Shown here piece after piece: positions 24,929-38,397 of a stretch of 64,000 nt of DNA. The stretch is from Peribolospora baueri (taxonomy: Eukaryota), in assembly GCA_029717555.1 (NCBI GenBank), contig JAMDHS010000019.1, positions 124,001 through 188,000 of the forward strand. Reading direction: 5' to 3'. Position numbers and translations under genes: made by a program. Below the pieces are notes generated by a model. That model was not told the origin of the DNA. It did not search any database and was given only the letters and a program-made list of their open reading frames with translations. Within the stretch, counting starts at the first letter, position 1, and each line of letters begins with the position of its first letter.

Positions 24929-27900
24929 ATGCCAGCTTTCGTTCCACCACCACTTTTCCGATCTCCTCTTCCTTCCACCTCACAGTCCATGGATGCGCCA
25001 ACTGCGGCTTCGCATTCAACCGCTTGGGCTCAGCGCCGTGCCAAGGTCAATGGTCTGCTCGCATCAGAAGTAGTCCGGACTCTGCTCAGCGATGTTGCCG
25101 CGAAGCACCCAACGTGGAATGGCAAGGCGCGTCCGGTTGTGGATCGAGACGGCGACGGGTTGCAGACTGCGCCGATCGATTCCAAGGCTGATCTGGCCCT
25201 GGAGGTGCTTTGGGCTTGGAAGCGGGCGAAGGTCGGAGGAGGAAAAAAGGATCGCCGAGTTGGTTCAGCACTGACAGAGCTCTATGGGCCGGCCTTGAAG
25301 GAGCTCGGCTCGCTGTCCGCTCTCCTTCCCTCTGATGCGGACTTCGAGCGGATCGACACCTTCTCGGATGAGAATCAGGCAACCGTTGAAGCTGTGAGAT
25401 CCAAGCTTGATGGAAAGCTTTATGTGCGCAAGACCATGAAGAAGGGATTGATGAGGCGGTATAGAGGGGTGAGCATACCCACGTTCGACTTGTCCGTCAC
25501 AATGGGGTATGCTCGCTGACTGGATCTTTCCTTGAAGCAACATTCTCCACTACACGAACTGCACTTTCTCCTCCCAGCTTCCTCTCAAGTCTACCATACC
25601 GCGCCACGACTCTTTGCAGCCTGGCCATCTCCAACAGCTTTGCACCTTCTCATCGAATTTTGTCCGGGCGGTGACCTAGAACATCTTTTGGCCGAAGCTG
25701 CCGAAGCGCGGGCCTTGACCGCCCAGGCCTCCGGCATACAACTGGAGCAAGTACCAGGGGGATTGGATATTGACTGGGCGAGGAATTACATGCGCGATGC
25801 AGTTGGAGCTATTGCTTGGTGCCATGATCGTGGCTGCGCGCATCGGTGAGTCATAGGCAGCATGTGTTGTTCTCAGACCTCTGCCTGAACGGAATCACCT
25901 GACACACTGTTTTACACACATACAGTGACATCAAACCCGCCAACTTCCTCATCTCGTCCAACGGGCACTTGAAGCTCTGCGACTTCAGCACGTCCGCCCC
26001 ATTTGCTGTCTTCCCCACTAAGAAAGGAGTATTCTTTAACGCCGTGCCACTGGCTGCGGCTGCTGCGAGCCCGAATGGCTATGGTTCCGACGACAGGTCG
26101 CGACGCCGAGTATACGACTACTTCTGTCGGCAGATTATCGGCACTGTCGACTATGTGGCTCCGGAGGTGCTGGAGGCGCAAGAGGAGAGGCTCGTGGGCA
26201 GCGAGGGCAGCAATTTCAGCTCGGTCGAGCTGTCCAATTCAGAGTCAGTTCTGTCGATGGGTTCCATGGCCCAGAAGGTAGGAGCAGACGGAGCTACTCC
26301 GAAGAGACGAAAACCATTTTTGTTGGATCAACTGGACGACTTCTCTTTCAGCTATGTGCATGCATCTGCGTCCCGAGGACGGCAATCCCAGTTGGTGAAC
26401 GGAGCAACGGAGCCAAAGCCAGGACCCTACGGACCAGAGGTGGACTGGTGGTCTCTGGGTGCAATGTTTTACGAAATGTTGTACGGCAAGCCTCCCTTTT
26501 TCGCGGATAGTGTTTCAGAAACCTATCAGCAGATTCGCACGTTTGAGGTGAGTGTTCGTTATATATCGTTCGGCAGACAGCGGTGTTAAAAATGTTTTAC
26601 GTTACGTGTGGCAACAGACATCACTTACTTTGGACCAAACTCGGCAAGATGTTCCTCTAGACGCTCGTGCGCTCATCCGAAGGTGCGTGTGGCTTTAATC
26701 GTACGACACATCTCGGGTAGGCTCGCTGACCGACCATGTGGACGACGTCCCAGTTTGCTCTCTGGTCCGGACGCTCGACTGGGATCTCGAAGCTCAAGCG
26801 ACGTGCAGAGGCATCAATTCTTCAAGACGGTGGCATGGGATCGGTACTGGGAGGGTGAGCAGATTTTGCTCCACCTTTCCGAAGGCACCTTGTCAATAAT
26901 GCTTACATCCTTCTCTTTTTCCATGCAACAGAGCCTGCACCGTTTATCCCGCATCTGTTGCCCTCAATAACCGAACCTCACCTGCCGTTTTCAATGAATC
27001 AGTCTTATACCTCTCGCCACGTCGCGAACAACCGCACCAAGACTCTCGCTGTCGACAATGATGTGACATCGTCACCCTTGCACTTCTCTGCCATGTTCCC
27101 TGACGCTTTCGGGAGGACCACGCCCGTTTCCGGAGAAGGCGTCTCCAGCATGGAACACTCTCGACAAGATCAGAGGAGCACTGAACGTTCTGCAGTTGCC
27201 GATCCGGTCGCGAGTCTCGATCTAGATTGCGAATGGGCAGGATTCATGCATATACCACCCCCAACGGCATTCGACCCGGCCGTCGCCAGAGCTGAGTTTG
27301 AGGCTACCAGTGCGGCGCAAAAGAGAGACCAACCGAGCATCATTCTCGAAGAAGCTACCGAGCATCAGGGCAAAAAGGCCGCCAAATCCAACGCCAACGG
27401 TTCAATACCATTGCATCTCCCTGGCACATCAAGCCCAGCTGGGGCGGGTGCCGAGTCATTTACCGTGTTGCACAGGTCCGTCCGTTTCGAATCCGGCGTC
27501 ATATCCTCTTCTCCCGCCGCTGGATCGACACCTTGGAGAGGCAACCCTGTAGCAAGTGCGCCGGCAGCCAACACCCCTGCGCGGGGAGAAGCAGCTGTGG
27601 CCTTTTCGTCTCCCTTCAATCCCGGGGCTGCCGGTGCGGCAGCGAGCACGCCTTTCCCGCCCGGTCGGGTGCACGGGAAAGGGGCAGGTGCTGCGGAACG
27701 TCCATTCGAAACCCCTAGGCGCGTGCCGACGTTGCCGATGATGGTCAACTCTGCCGCAGCGCAACGCTTTGGACTGACTCCCGGCCCTCTGGGCAGCTTG
27801 ATGCGGACCCCTGCTCCAGGCATTCGAATTGCCTCCTCGCCCTTGCCCTACCTGCGCGCAGGCTCACATTCCGCTGAGGGAAAATCTGGTGGTAGCAGCG

Positions 27901-28661
27901 CGAGACGAGGAATGAACGAGAACCAGGCTTGGTTAGAGATGCAGCAGGCGATTTTGCAGAGCGCGAGGAAGCGTCGTGAGGAGCTGGTTGTCAGTCGGGT
28001 AAAGGAGGCGGACATCAGACGCGGGGAGTTGGATAGGAACGAGGTTGAGGAGGAGAAGGAGCGGAAAGGGAGGACGGACGCGACCGATGTTCAGCAGATC
28101 GCGATCATGGAGCCGGAAAAGAAGAAGGTCTCCAGGGCGCAGCGAAGGGAGGAACTCGAAGCGGCGACGCACCGCACAGGCAGTCCGCCCAGCCGGCCAT
28201 CCAGTCGACCTTCGAGCGTGGATCTCTCCACAGCGCCCACGCTTATTCGTCACGTCCGTGATGCAGCGCAGCGAAGGGAAGAATCTGCTGCAGCGATACG
28301 TCGCATCGCTAGTCCGCCGAGCCGAGGAAGTCAACCCCCGAGTGTTGACATGGCCGCTACTACCCCTTCCTCCGCTCGTCACTTCGACGCATCAGCACAG
28401 CGAAGGGAACAGCTTGGAGCTGCGGCGCATCACGGGGTCCCTCCACCTAGCCTGCCTTCGAGCGGACCTTCGAGTGTGGCCTTGTCCTCGGGACCTCTGC
28501 CGTTCCGTCCTCGTCATAGTCACGCCCTTGATGACACCTCATGGAAAGAGGACGATCCCGTGGACTTGGAGGATATGATCCGCCGACACCAAAAGCTGAA
28601 CGCCGACATCGAGGGCATCAGTCGTCGACTGAGGCATTTGCGCGGACGTTTGCAGGCTTGA
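24929..28661 (+). CDS. divergent AGC-group Ser/Thr kinase (DMPK/ROCK/citron-like) with a long disordered C-terminus
   Basis: [12 protein letters not shown], spliced [27 protein letters not shown] and [21 protein letters not shown]. The start codon is uncertain (24929 or 24989). Confidence 0.85.
28137..28523 (+). repeat. three 129-nt (43-aa) intragenic tandem repeats
   Basis: GCRCAGCGAAGGGA recurs at 28137, 28266 and 28395 (period 129), encoding AQRRE..SPPS..SSV units. Confidence 0.85.
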
Positions 28662-29249
28662 ACGGCATTGTATCATTGAAGGTAGCGAATGGGAATATCA
28701 ATAACGTCACTCGGCTTTGATTCGTGCGCGCAGGGCACGACGGAAGAAGGCTGACCGGCTGACGGAGCCGCGCCGATCCTATAGTTCCTTTCGAACTCTA
28801 GTCGGTCCTCATGTTGACCCCTCTCACCGGGACTTGGGTGCGCATCGCATAAATCGGTATTACATATAACTTCATCGAGCCGTTGAGCATTGCTCGGGTA
28901 CGATCATGAATGAGGTAGCAGCCGGTGCGCGGGAGAGAAGAGGCAATCGAAGAAAGAGGGCGAGGGTGGGCGGACTGGCGGGGCCGGGTCGGCTCGGTGT
29001 CATGAGCAGCCCGAGTTCGGCCGTCTTGGATCAAGATGATGCGGACGAGAAGGCGAGGCAAGCACGATGGCAAAGTACCGCTTCAAGAATGCTTGGACAG
29101 GACGTGTTCACTCGGTTCGGGTATTCATAAATATTCGTTCATGTCCGTTCTCGTCTCATACCCATGCTACGTAGCGCTAACAGTAGTGTACGTGCGCTCG
29201 CGTTTAGATGCTAGCCGTCACTTTGAGCTCCATGACCCTCCCTTCGCCA

Positions 29250-31670
29250 TCACATGGCATTGACCTTTTCCTCAACCTCCTTCTCCATCACATCCACGGG
29301 CGCGGCAGGATTGACCGACGGCGGCTCCGACACTTCGCGCTCCTTGACCGCTTTATTCTTGTCCTGCTCTCCCTTCTTCCTCGCCTCTTCTCTTCGCCTC
29401 CTCGCCACCCCGCTCCACTCGTCCATCACTTTTCCGGCACCTGCATAGAAGGCGGTTAAGACGGCGAAGACGGCCAAATGGCCGTACCACCACAGCGATC
29501 GCCACGCTTCGAGGGAGGGCCGGACGTCGAGGAGGATGAAAGGTGCGACGGTGTAGTTCAGGGTGAGCTGAGTGAGTAGAATGGACAGGAGGTCGTACCA
29601 ATGTTGGGAAAGACGGCGAGGCGCTGGATGGCTGGAGAAGGGGGAGGCGTAGGGGTAGAAGAACGGGCGGAGGTGGGAACGCAGGCGTCGGGCAGCGGTT
29701 TGCATGAAGCCGGCAAGGAGGAAGGTGACTGTGACGGGGAAAGCGCGGATGACAGACGACAATAAGTAAACCGAGACGAAGCCAGTCTGTTTAACGCACT
29801 TATGAGAAAAAAAGGAAGGAAACTCACGATAGTATCCCGGCTCAATGCCGTGCCAGAAGGCGCTGGTGAAGAAGGTGGCCATGGTGCTCTTGAACCCGGG
29901 CTTCCTTCCTTCCTTGGCGAGCCGCTTGTAGACGCAGTTGCGAAGCCAGATGTCTACCACAGAAAAGGGGCCGAAGTGAGAACACAACGCATGGGGGAAC
30001 GTAGATGAACTTGCTGCCATCACACCATCGTGATCGCCGTTCATAGATCGAGATCTGAAAGTGGCGGCGAGGGGTCATACTAGCGACGAGGGCAGCCGAG
30101 AAACTCACTTGTGTTCATGTTCCAAGCATCCAAGACCTCCTTCCAGTTACGAGCAAATTCGACACCAGCGACGCTCACGTTACGGCACCGTTCCCAGCGC
30201 GTCTCGCCCGTGGAGGGGTCTACGCCGCTGTACGCGAGGCCTGAGAGAACGCAAGCGCCCTAACGGATCGGATGCAAGATGATGAGACGGACAGAGGCTC
30301 TTTAAGTGAGTAAACGTCGGCTTGCCAAGTCTCTTCGAATGCATAATGAGGGATGAACTCACGTTGCTGAGCGACCAGATTCCATAGTACTTGAACCTCG
30401 TCACGAGCCCCGCCACATTGACGAACAACAGCCTTCTAAGGAAGCCTCCAATGTTCGCCTGACTGCTAACCTCTCCCACGAGCGTATGGTAGTCATACTT
30501 GGACGAGAGAAGGGAGTAGAGCGCAATGAAGAGGATCCCGAGGCAAAGCTCCCGCATCGCCGCTTTCGTGCGGCCGCGTGGTACGTGCGGTGAGCTTCTT
30601 TCTGGCTCTTTTCCCTTTCGAGAGGAAAACAGTTCGCCGGAGATGAAACGGGAATAGGCCGCGTACGTTGATGAGGGGCCGACGAGGACGCCGGGGAAGT
30701 AGAAGCTGGGTGGATGGGGCCGGTCAGCGGTTCGGTTCAAGGTGGCTGTCTGAGGGGTAAAAATGTTTATTCACCAATATCCGAGGAACGAGAGTAAGTC
30801 AGGCATCTCTTTGATCCTGACCGCCAGTTGCTCCTGGTCAAGGTCCTGTGATCGACAAGAGATAAGAAGAGTGAGTACGATCAGGTTCATGAAAAGACTG
30901 CCACGGCCATGTCAATACGTCTCCTTTCGATCAACAACAAACCTTTTCGTCTCGTCGCCCGTCGTGTACGTTCCATGCAAATGTGGTCAAATTCATGCAG
31001 AGCACCATCTGCATAGCGGTGATTTCGATGATGTCTAGTCCGATGTTACCGAAATGACGATAGAGGTGACTGAGAATGAGGGGCGGACGGAGGGAAGAGA
31101 AGGCCGAATCGGGGCATAAGGTAAAACGATCGTCGTCGTCAAACACTTCCACACACGCCGCGACTCACTTGATCGTCAGATGCGCCATCTCTACTCCGAA
31201 AACGATCCACGGCATTTTCCTGCTCTTGACATGATAAGCGATGGCGTAGGTGACCAGGCTTGTGAGGAGGAGCTGGATAAAGCCATACTTGATGCGGAGG
31301 ATGGGAACAAGGAAAAGCCAGGAGACGAGGATGTTGTAGGCGTGCTTGAGCCATGGGAGGTGGTGGGGTAGACGGGTCAAGGGCAGGGCGAGCGGGTAGG
31401 AGAGGAGGAGGCAGGTGATGAGCTGGTCGGCGGAGAAAAGAAACGCGTGCGAAGGAAGTTAATTAGGTGCGAGGTCAGCTGGACGTCTGTCTGTCTGCCT
31501 TTCCCCTGCTCTGCCGCGCTGACCGGTCGGTCGGTCGTAACGAAGCGGTCGCCGTTGCCTTGCCTTTGCCTTTCCTCCGTCACCCACGTCACTTTTACCC
31601 GCGCACGCACCTTGACATGATCGGCCGGAGCGCCGGAAAGCTCCGAGAGCTTGTGAAAGACGGCATCCAT
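29250..31670 (-). CDS. ALE1: MBOAT lysophospholipid acyltransferase
   Basis: IEITAMQMVLCMNLTTFAWNVHDG, FYFPGVLVGP, RFKYYGIW, AWNMNT|NIWLRNCVYKR and catalytic SAFWHG. Confidence 0.92.
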
Positions 31671-32030
31671 ATTTCGCTTGCTTGGTTGCCCGTTGACTGA
31701 ATCGATGACGGATCCTGCACTCGCTCGCAGCCCTGCCTGAGTGCGTCGAACAACGGCGGCGGCGATGGGGGGGAGGGAGGGAGGGAGGGATGGAGGTAGA
31801 GGTGGAAGGATAGGACACCTCACTCCGCTGCCTTTGCCCTCGCTCGGCTTTCTCATGTCTACGCCGCCCTAAACGCCCGATCGAAGCCCGTGAACGTGGG
31901 CTGCGGCGACTGAGAACCGCCAAAAACTGCGGTCGACCGAGGCGTCGGCGGACTTTCCAGAGTCGACCGACGATGGAACGGGAGACTGGTCGACAGAGAA
32001 TCTTGCTTCCGACCTTCGACGAGTTCCATC

Positions 32031-32910
32031 ATGGTCAAGGTACACAAGCGTGAGTGGGCGGACGTCTGGAGCAGAGAGAAGGCTTCCTTTCTTTTCCAGA
32101 AGAGTGTGTCGAGGAGGGTGCCTGAAAAGCGTATTGAAAACTGTCGTGTTTGGGCATGTGCGACGCAGGCGCGAGCAAGCGCCAATCTACGAAACAGCGC
32201 TCAAAGATCAAGAAGAAGGTGGCGGAGCACCACCGAAAGGCGAGGAGAGACGCGAAGAAGAACCCGCAGTGGAAGTCCAGTGAGTGTTCGACCATCGCTG
32301 TTGTCTTCTTTTCGTCGACGTCGCGCGGTTTTCTTCTTTTCTCTTTGTCCCAGAAGGGTTGCGTGGCGGGCGAGGCGGATCTTCTCATCGCTCCTCTGTT
32401 CCGTTTACAGAATCGAAGAAAGATCCAGGTATTCCCAACTCATTCCCCTACAAGGAGCAGCTCCTTGCAGAGGTTGCGGGCAAGCGAAGAGCGGTGCGTC
32501 TCTTTCGAGCGCGTGGCGTGGCGCCCTTACTGGCGTCCTGGCGTCTATTTGCCGCCTCGCCTGTTGCTGACACTCCTTGATCGCTGCCTTTTTATCTTTT
32601 GGCCCAACCAAAGGCGGAAGAGGAACGTACTCGTCGAAAAGATCAGCGCAAGGAGTGAGCACGGAAGCGATAGATCTGAACCACACGAGTTCCATGCGGG
32701 TCCGTCATCATGTTCCGCTCGATGATTAACGCTTTTTCTGGTCTTTGATTTCGGAAATGCAGAACGAAAAACACCGCCGAGAAAGCCTCCTCGGACGACG
32801 GCTCGGACGGAGAGGATGCTTCAGATCAGGAAGAGCCAGCGTCGGAGAGCGTCGCGTCCTCCTCTAAACAAGCTCCAACGAAGCCGAAGGCGAAAAAGGG
32901 GCGAAGATGA
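32031..32910 (+). CDS. Nug1/GNL3 (Grn1) N-terminal-domain protein, about 133 aa, no GTPase domain
   Basis: Five exons splice to MVKVHKRASKRQSTKQRSKIKKKVAEHHRKARRDAKKNPQWKSKSKKDPGIPNSFPYKEQLLAEV..., then an acidic stretch and KAKKGRR-TGA (32908-32910). Confidence 0.78.
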
Positions 32911-33072
32911 GGAAAGTGACGACCTAGGATGTGGAGTGCCTGGTGGAGGATGTACATTACGAGCCGTGCGCCAAGGCGCGCCGAGCGAATCCCCAGAGCC
33001 AATCGCTACGAACGGATTCCAGTATGTGGGCCCATTGACCTTCCTGCCTGCCTGCCTCGGTCGATGCGCTGC

Positions 33073-34402
33073 TCACCCCCTGCCGACAAAGCTTGGCATC
33101 CCGGCGGCCAAGACTTGAACGAAGGGTACGTCCACCTCTGACGGAAGCTCGACGAGATGGACGACCATATCCGCCGCGCGCTCCACGTTCATCAGCGGCT
33201 CCGCCCTGACGGTGCCGTCCGCTTGGGGCACGCCGCGAGCCATGCGGGAGCCCATGGAGGAAGCCGCGTTGCCGATATCGATTTGGGAAACGAGAATGCC
33301 GTGCGGCCGGCCGTCTAGGGCGAGCGAGAGTGTGAGGCCCCGGATGGCGTGCTTGGTGGAAGTGTAGGGGGTCGAGTCTGAGATGGGGTTGCACATACAA
33401 GAGAGATGGTCACGAAAGAGGGGACACGAGACCGAGGGCGGGCGGGCGGTCAATGAATGGGGTTGATTGGTCGGTCGACAGTCGGTCGGGACGGGAGAGA
33501 GACGGAGAGGAACTCACTTGGCCTCGGCACATACGCGCTCACGCTACCGTTGTTGATGATCCTTCCGCCCGCCGGCGCTTGCGTCTTCATGTGCCGAACG
33601 GCCTCGCGCGCGCACAGGAAGGAGCCGGTGAGGTTGACGTCAACGACCTGGCGCCACTGCGAGAGGGAGAGCTGGTCGATGGGGATGTTGGGAAGCGACA
33701 CTCCCGCCTGAGGACGTGGTGAGTGGGAGCCAGGGAAAGCGGAGGCGTGACGGTCAGCGTGACATGCATGGGTAGCGAATGGGCTCGGGAGGACATTGGC
33801 TCAAGGTTCACGTTGTTAAAAAGAACGTCGATGCGGCCTGGAGGAAGGTGGGAGGTGGATCGAGAGGTGAAGGTGATTCATCGCCGTGCGTTCCGTCGGG
33901 CCTGAGACGGACACACACAGACACGGACCGACGACTCGAAACGGGAAGACGAACGCACCCCACATTTTCTTCGCCTCCTCGAACAAAGTCTGCACGTCCT
34001 CCTCGAGCGTCACGTCTCCGGAAACGATGAGCGTACGGGCGCGTTCCTCGTCGGCCGCTCCTCGAGTCTGCGTGCCGCCGAGGTGAAGCAGGACCGTCTC
34101 TTCCAACGCGTCCCTTCGGCGGCCGAACAGGGCGACCTTGTGACCTCGTGCGAGGAGGGCGAGGGTGGAGGCTCGGCCGATCTGGACACGTGAGAGGAGG
34201 GAGGAGGGCAAAGGGAGGTCGGCTGGTCAGGCTTGACTTGATCCGAACAACGTTCTACTACTGGCTGGGTGCTGTTTTGCAAGAGGGGCCCGTCACAGAC
34301 GACAGGTATGCCCGGTCCTTGTGGCCAACACAGAGGAGGACGGAGACGCACTCCTGAGCCGGCGCCTGTAATGATGACCACCTTGGAACGCTCAGTGGAC
34401 AT
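33073..34402 (-). CDS. short-chain dehydrogenase/reductase
   Basis: [43 protein letters not shown] (YxxxK) and QIDIGNA. Confidence 0.92.
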
Positions 34403-35039
34403 GGCGAGGAGAGAAGAGGAGGTAGAAGAGCGAGAGGACGGCGTCGAGGGTGCGGGTGAGAATGGGATGGATCTGATGATGATCGGCGGCCGATCGATCG
34501 GGTTTATCGCCGACCCCGCACTGCAGGACGCGACGACCAGGGCAAGACAAGACAGACCAGACCAGACGGCTGCAGGGCCGGAGCGTCTCGCCATGCTCGA
34601 GGGATCGGATTCGTAGAGGTTCAAGTTGGGACGCTCTCTGAAGCCGGGCGGAGAGTGGGCGTGAGGAACGGCGGACAACGGGCGGCCGGCAACGGGGGCG
34701 ATGTCGTGGCAGCCGAGTGCGAGGGCAAGGGTGCGTGTGGGAGGAGGGTGAGGGAGAGCAACACCTTCACTCATTTTCCCGTCCTTCGAGGCGGGCGAGA
34801 TGGAGATGGAGATGGAGGTGGATCATAGATGATTGCGTGGCCAAACGAACATACATCGTACATCGCACGGTGCCGGCCGTCGTCCGGCGTCCGCCTCAAT
34901 AAGTAAGTACCCCGCCGTCCAGCAAGCACTCGAGACGAGACGACGCCGGCGAAGACCAAAAGGTGGCTGCGGGCGACTAAAGCGGGCGCGGGTCGGAGCG
35001 GCGGTGGGGCAGGGGACGGACGGTGGTCGAGCGGAGCCG

Positions 35040-35580
35040 AGCAGAGCAGAACAGAGCAGAGAATAACAGAGAATAACAGAGAATAACAAAAGAGAGCAGC
35101 ATCACACCCCGATCTCCTCCCCCTCGAGCCGAATGGGAATGGGAATAGACAAGACCGGCCTTCCCCCCTCGTCACGCGAGCCGAACCGAGTCGAGTCGCG
35201 GCCGCACGAGCTGGGACGCGAGTCTGACGACGCGTGGAAATCAAACTGAAAGCGAGCAGATCGAAAAACAGGACGGAATAACCAAAAGCGGTCCTCGTCG
35301 AATGATCGCATTGCCCCGTTTGCCCGTCCGCCGAGGCTCGGATTGGATCGAATCGGATCGGCTCGGATCGGATCGAATGAGAGAGGAATGAATGAGAGAA
35401 GGAGTGCATGGTGTAGTACAATTTCATGGCGGACGCCCAGCAGGGAAACTAGCAAGACGAGATGGGAGGGGAGACGACGCGACACGACATGGCACGAGAT
35501 GAGATAAGATGAGATCAGATGAGATCAGATGAGATGAAACGACACGACGGACGACGGACGACACGGACGACATGGACGGC
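35040..35580. repeat. cluster of short tandem repeats (GAATAACAGA x3, GGATC, GAGAT, GACG)
   Basis: Direct reading of the intergenic region between the SDR and the Zn-cluster gene. Confidence 0.8.
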
Positions 35581-36295
35581 AAGGGAGGGCCGGAGGCGAT
35601 GGGAAGAAGGCGAACCAGACTGACGGACGGGCCAGGATGGAGGATGTCTCTCGTGTGCTGGATAGGGACGAATATAGTACGATTGGACGGAGACGAGGTG
35701 TGACCGAAGGGCGTGGTGGAGCACAACACAGCACAGCAGGCCACACAGCACGGAGAGAGCGAGCGAGCGAGAGCAAGTAGTTCACAGACTGACCTCGGGC
35801 GGAGGAACTGAGCGGCAGCGGGCGAGCAAGATGGGAGGAGAGGCGAGGGCGAGGCAAGCCGGTGAGCCGGGTTACTGTACCGAGGCAAGAGTTGACTTGG
35901 ATGTGCGGGAGGTAAAGCCAGGATGGGATCCCAGGGGGCCCGGGGGGGACTAGCTAGAGACGAGCAGAAGGCGAGGAGAGAAGAAACGATGACGAGGTCT
36001 GTCCATCTGAGCGAAGACTGATTCAGCAGCACAATAGCCGGAGCGGTGCCGATGACGTGTATCGGGTGAGGTTGATCGAAAGGTCCTCACATCAGGAGGG
36101 GGGATGAGAGGATTAGCCGCACCTCAGGAGGGGGAACGAAAGGATGAGGGTAAAAAGAGAAAACATGCGAAGAGGGCCGGAACGATGCGGAACGCGAAGA
36201 CGAAGGACTAGAAACGGCGGATGGAGAGCAAGCGATGAAGCGATACGAAGGGGCGCGGCAGAGCAGAAAGCAAGAAGGAGACTGCGGATGGAGGA

Positions 36296-38397
36296 TTATT
36301 GCGACTCGGAGAAGAGAAGGAAGGAGATGGGCGACTGAGGCGAGAAAGGGATGGAGAGGGTGGAGGTAGCCAACGCGGACGATGAGGGGGCAGCCAGGGT
36401 TGTGGGGGCTTGCACTGACGACGAGCTGCTATTCGACGACTGGCTCGTCTCCGACGACCATCTGCCTTGATGCGAGAACGAGAAGGGGCCGTCTTCGACA
36501 GCGTGTGCGCGGGTAGAAAGGAAAGAAAGCACCGGACGGCATCCACCGGGGTCAGACGCCGTCCTCTTATTTCCGCCCTCGGGCGACGACGAGGGCGCGG
36601 TCGGGTCGATATTGCCGGTCGATTGTCTCCTAGACGAGGGGCCCGAGGCCGAACCGGCGCCCGAACCACGAGGTCTGTAAGGGCCCCTCTTGAGTCCCCT
36701 CCGCCGCGGCTTGCGCTCCTGGTCGATGCACGAGGCTTCCATTCCGTGTTTGAGACAGCTGGGTGAAAAAGTCGCCCGTTCGGTCAGCCAGGAACGGTAC
36801 ACGTCACCAAACGTGCCAGAGAAAAGAAAGCGAAACGACAGCGTGTAAACGAGAAAAAAGGAAAGAAATAAACAAAGGGAAAAGAGGGAACGAGAGAAGA
36901 GATAAGCATATAAATGAAAGACCCTCGGAGGACGCTGGACGAACCCTCCTCTCCCCACCGGCACTCCACCATTTGTGAGCCATCGTCAACTCACCGCTGA
37001 CAAGGCCGCTCGGTGTCACACTTCTTGCACGCCTTTGCGCAATTCGTGCACGCCATCTTCACCTGCTTCCGCTTTGGCTTTCCCGTCATTGAGCTGATCT
37101 CGACGCCCGCTTCGTACCTCGACCCTTGTCCATGTCCTTTCCCTTGACCTAGCGCTTGCTGCTGGAGACCCTGCGGGCGCAGCTGGAGCGGCAGGGCGCC
37201 TTGGGGTTCTCCCAGTGGCTGTTGCTGCTCCCCTGCGACGACAGCGAAGGAGGAGGGGAGAGGTGCGGCGAGGGGCAGGGCGGCCAACAAGCTGTGCGTC
37301 CGTAAGGAGGAGGCGGAAGGGTATTCGGGGTAGCAGAGCGTCTGCGAGCTGGGACCAGCGACAGCGGTGGCGTGGAGGCCGTTGAACGGGGAGGCGCCGG
37401 CGGCCGAGGACACGTCGTGTCGGAAGAGCGCGGCGTAGCTTTCTAGCGCGCCATCACCCTGCGCGGGCGGTTGCGGTTGCGGCGCCGGCTGGGCGGCCTC
37501 CCAGCCCTGCGCCGCTGCCGTGCTCGATCTTGCACCTCCACGACAGCCGCCGTCGCCGCCGCCACCAGAGGGGTTCGAGGCGTCGAAATGCGGGTGCGCA
37601 GTCGCGTACGTGGCAGCGTACGGTGACTGCGCGAGAGAGGGGGTCCCGAACGGGTCACCTTGAGACAACCATGGTTGCTGGAGCGGTTGCTGGTAGGCGG
37701 CCAAGGAGACGCTGGAGGCGTGGGAGTCACCGGTGCCGACTGCTGTTTGCGACGTCGGGAAGGAGGGTGTGACGGGCGTGTACGGAGACGCGACCGGGTG
37801 CATGTGCCGCTCCGGTTGAAGGTACGGTGAGGAATACTCCGAGTGATATTGAGCCGGCGCCGGCGGTTGCGGTAACCTCGCCTGGCTGCTATCGTACTGT
37901 TCTGCCGGCAGTGAGGTGTAGGAGAACAGAGACGGGTTTTGTACAGTTTCTTGCTGCTGTTGTTGTTGTTGTTGTTGTTGGGAGTGGTGTTGTTGCTGCT
38001 GGACTTGATGCTGCTGTTGATGCGGGTGGTGTTGATGCTGGTGCAAGCTGCCAAAGCTGTAAGACTGGGTATCGGAGTCTGACGGCGATGAAGTGGACGG
38101 CTGCATGGGTGTGTTGTCGTGGTACGACCAACCATGACCAGCCAATCCGTAAGCCGTCTTCGGGCGAGAGATATAGGGCAGACCGACGTGGTGAAGGGTA
38201 TGCGGCGGAAGCGGCTGGGAGGCCGGGCGCTGTGCGATGTCGTTTACGACTTGGGAGGAGGGTTCGGTGAGCGAGTTGTGCATGTCGACGTGGTAATAGG
38301 CGCCGGCGGCAGCGGCAGCGGTAACAGCGTCGCGGAGGGGGTGACGAGACGAGACAGAAGAGGATGGCAAAGATGAAGACGAGGAGGTGGGATCCAT
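36296..38397 (-). CDS. Zn2Cys6 transcription factor with a Q/H/P-rich N-terminus and the cluster near the C-terminus
   Basis: RKQVKMACTNCAKACKKCDTERPCQR|CLKHGMEASC.....LKRGPY across intron 36994-36759. The start (38397, or further upstream in the same frame) and the end are uncertain. Confidence 0.8.
37952..38043 (-). repeat. CAA/CAG polyglutamine/histidine tract within the TF
   Basis: (TGT/TGC)n on the + strand, encoding HQHQHHPHQQQHQVQQQQHHSQQQQQQQQQQ. Confidence 0.9.
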
